40,365 nucleotides of DNA, taken from the NCBI GenBank assembly GCA_937935915.1, contig CALGWE010000171.1, forward strand, positions 1 to 40,365, given 5' to 3'. The notes beneath the pieces are model-generated. The model had not been told where the DNA came from and did no database searches. It saw only the letters and a list, made by a program, of their open reading frames with translations. The stretch comes from an uncultured Clostridia bacterium (lineage in GTDB: Bacteria > Bacillota > Clostridia > Lachnospirales > Cellulosilyticaceae). The stretch's first letter is position 1. Every line of letters begins with the position of its first letter. Below are positions 39,945-40,365 of this stretch, one piece after another. Both the position numbers and the translations under genes were made by a program.

Positions 39945-39992
39945 TATCATTTACTTATGATACGGTTCACCGTTTCATTAGCAAGTGATAAC
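39945..39992. repeat. 48-bp palindromic site, copy 3
   Basis: TATCATTTACTTATGATACGGT-TC-ACCGTTTCATTAGCAAGTGATA-AC (1 difference from copy 1). Confidence 0.95.
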
Positions 39993-40033
39993 TCTTGTTA
40001 TTTATACATACATTTTAATATAATACATTAATT

Positions 40034-40365
40034 GTAACTGTTCAGCCACAGGCTGAATAAATATATTTTTTACTGTGGATAAACGAGTTTTTTAACACGT
40101 TTTATAGGTTAGATTTCCACATTTAAATTTAGTTATCAACTAGCTTTTTGCATGCTTGAAACGATATACTTTAAGTATATTATTTCGGAAGGATGTGAGC
40201 AGTTTGAATACAGAGTTGTCACCTGACTTTTTACAAAAATTATTTAACAAGATTGATACTCTTACTGATATTATTTCAGAGCAAACTGCCACTATTAATA
40301 AGCAAAACGCAACTATTAATAAGCAGACTGAAACTATTAACAAGCTAACTGAAACTATTCAAAAA
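40034..40365 (+). mobile_element. Left end of a probable IS66-family (ISBst12-group-like) insertion sequence; runs off the window
   Basis: Starts GTAACTGTTCAGC, an IS66-type GTAA terminus, followed by a coiled-coil ORF start. Confidence 0.55.
40204..40365 (+). CDS. N-terminal coiled-coil of a probable IS66 transposase (partial)
   Basis: GGAAGGA RBS and TTG start; MNTELSPDFLQKLFNKIDTLTDIISEQTATINKQNATINKQTETINKLTETIQ is open to the window end. Confidence 0.6.
   Translation, partial: MNTELSPDFLQKLFNKIDTLTDIISEQTATINKQNATINKQTETINKLTETIQK

Noticed and set aside
35617..39992. 48-bp repeats as a CRISPR array or classical integron attC sites
   Set aside because: Spacing is 1.5-2.8 kb and no cas genes are present. 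The sites lack the RYYYAAC..GTTRRRY layout and extrahelical bases of attC, and no intI is visible.
40140..40343. 67-aa hydrophobic minus-strand ORF
   Set aside because: Antisense of the 21-bp heptad repeats; the plus-strand frame has the RBS and stays open.

Overview
Low-GC Firmicute (Clostridia-like, by inference) chromosomal segment. Most genes lie on the minus strand. The left ~35 kb is mostly housekeeping or metabolic: a SAM-I riboswitch-controlled aminotransferase, a Zn-ribbon/TPM/SdpI cluster, clpS-clpA, two full-length MCPs and one MCP remnant, a GltD-like oxidoreductase, an M3 oligoendopeptidase, asd, a patatin, T-box proS, TPP-riboswitch thiT, SDRs, IclR-kduD, TetR/DegV, DUF89 and a ferritin-like protein. 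The right ~5 kb is an accessory region. Three near-identical 48-bp palindromic sites (22-bp arms around a 2-bp TC core; 35617, 38428, 39945) lie in direct orientation and bracket two cargo modules: ECF sigma/anti-sigma + candidate type I toxin-antitoxin + GNAT remnant, and a Fic protein. An IS66-like left end follows. This att-like cassette array is the most striking unexplained feature. Also notable: a TPP aptamer with a rewritten pyrophosphate-binding arm, a ~190-nt plus-strand hairpin with two perfect DnaA boxes after asd, an MCP-PilZ fusion, and several deletion or start-codon lesions. All family calls come from motif recognition by eye, without database searches.
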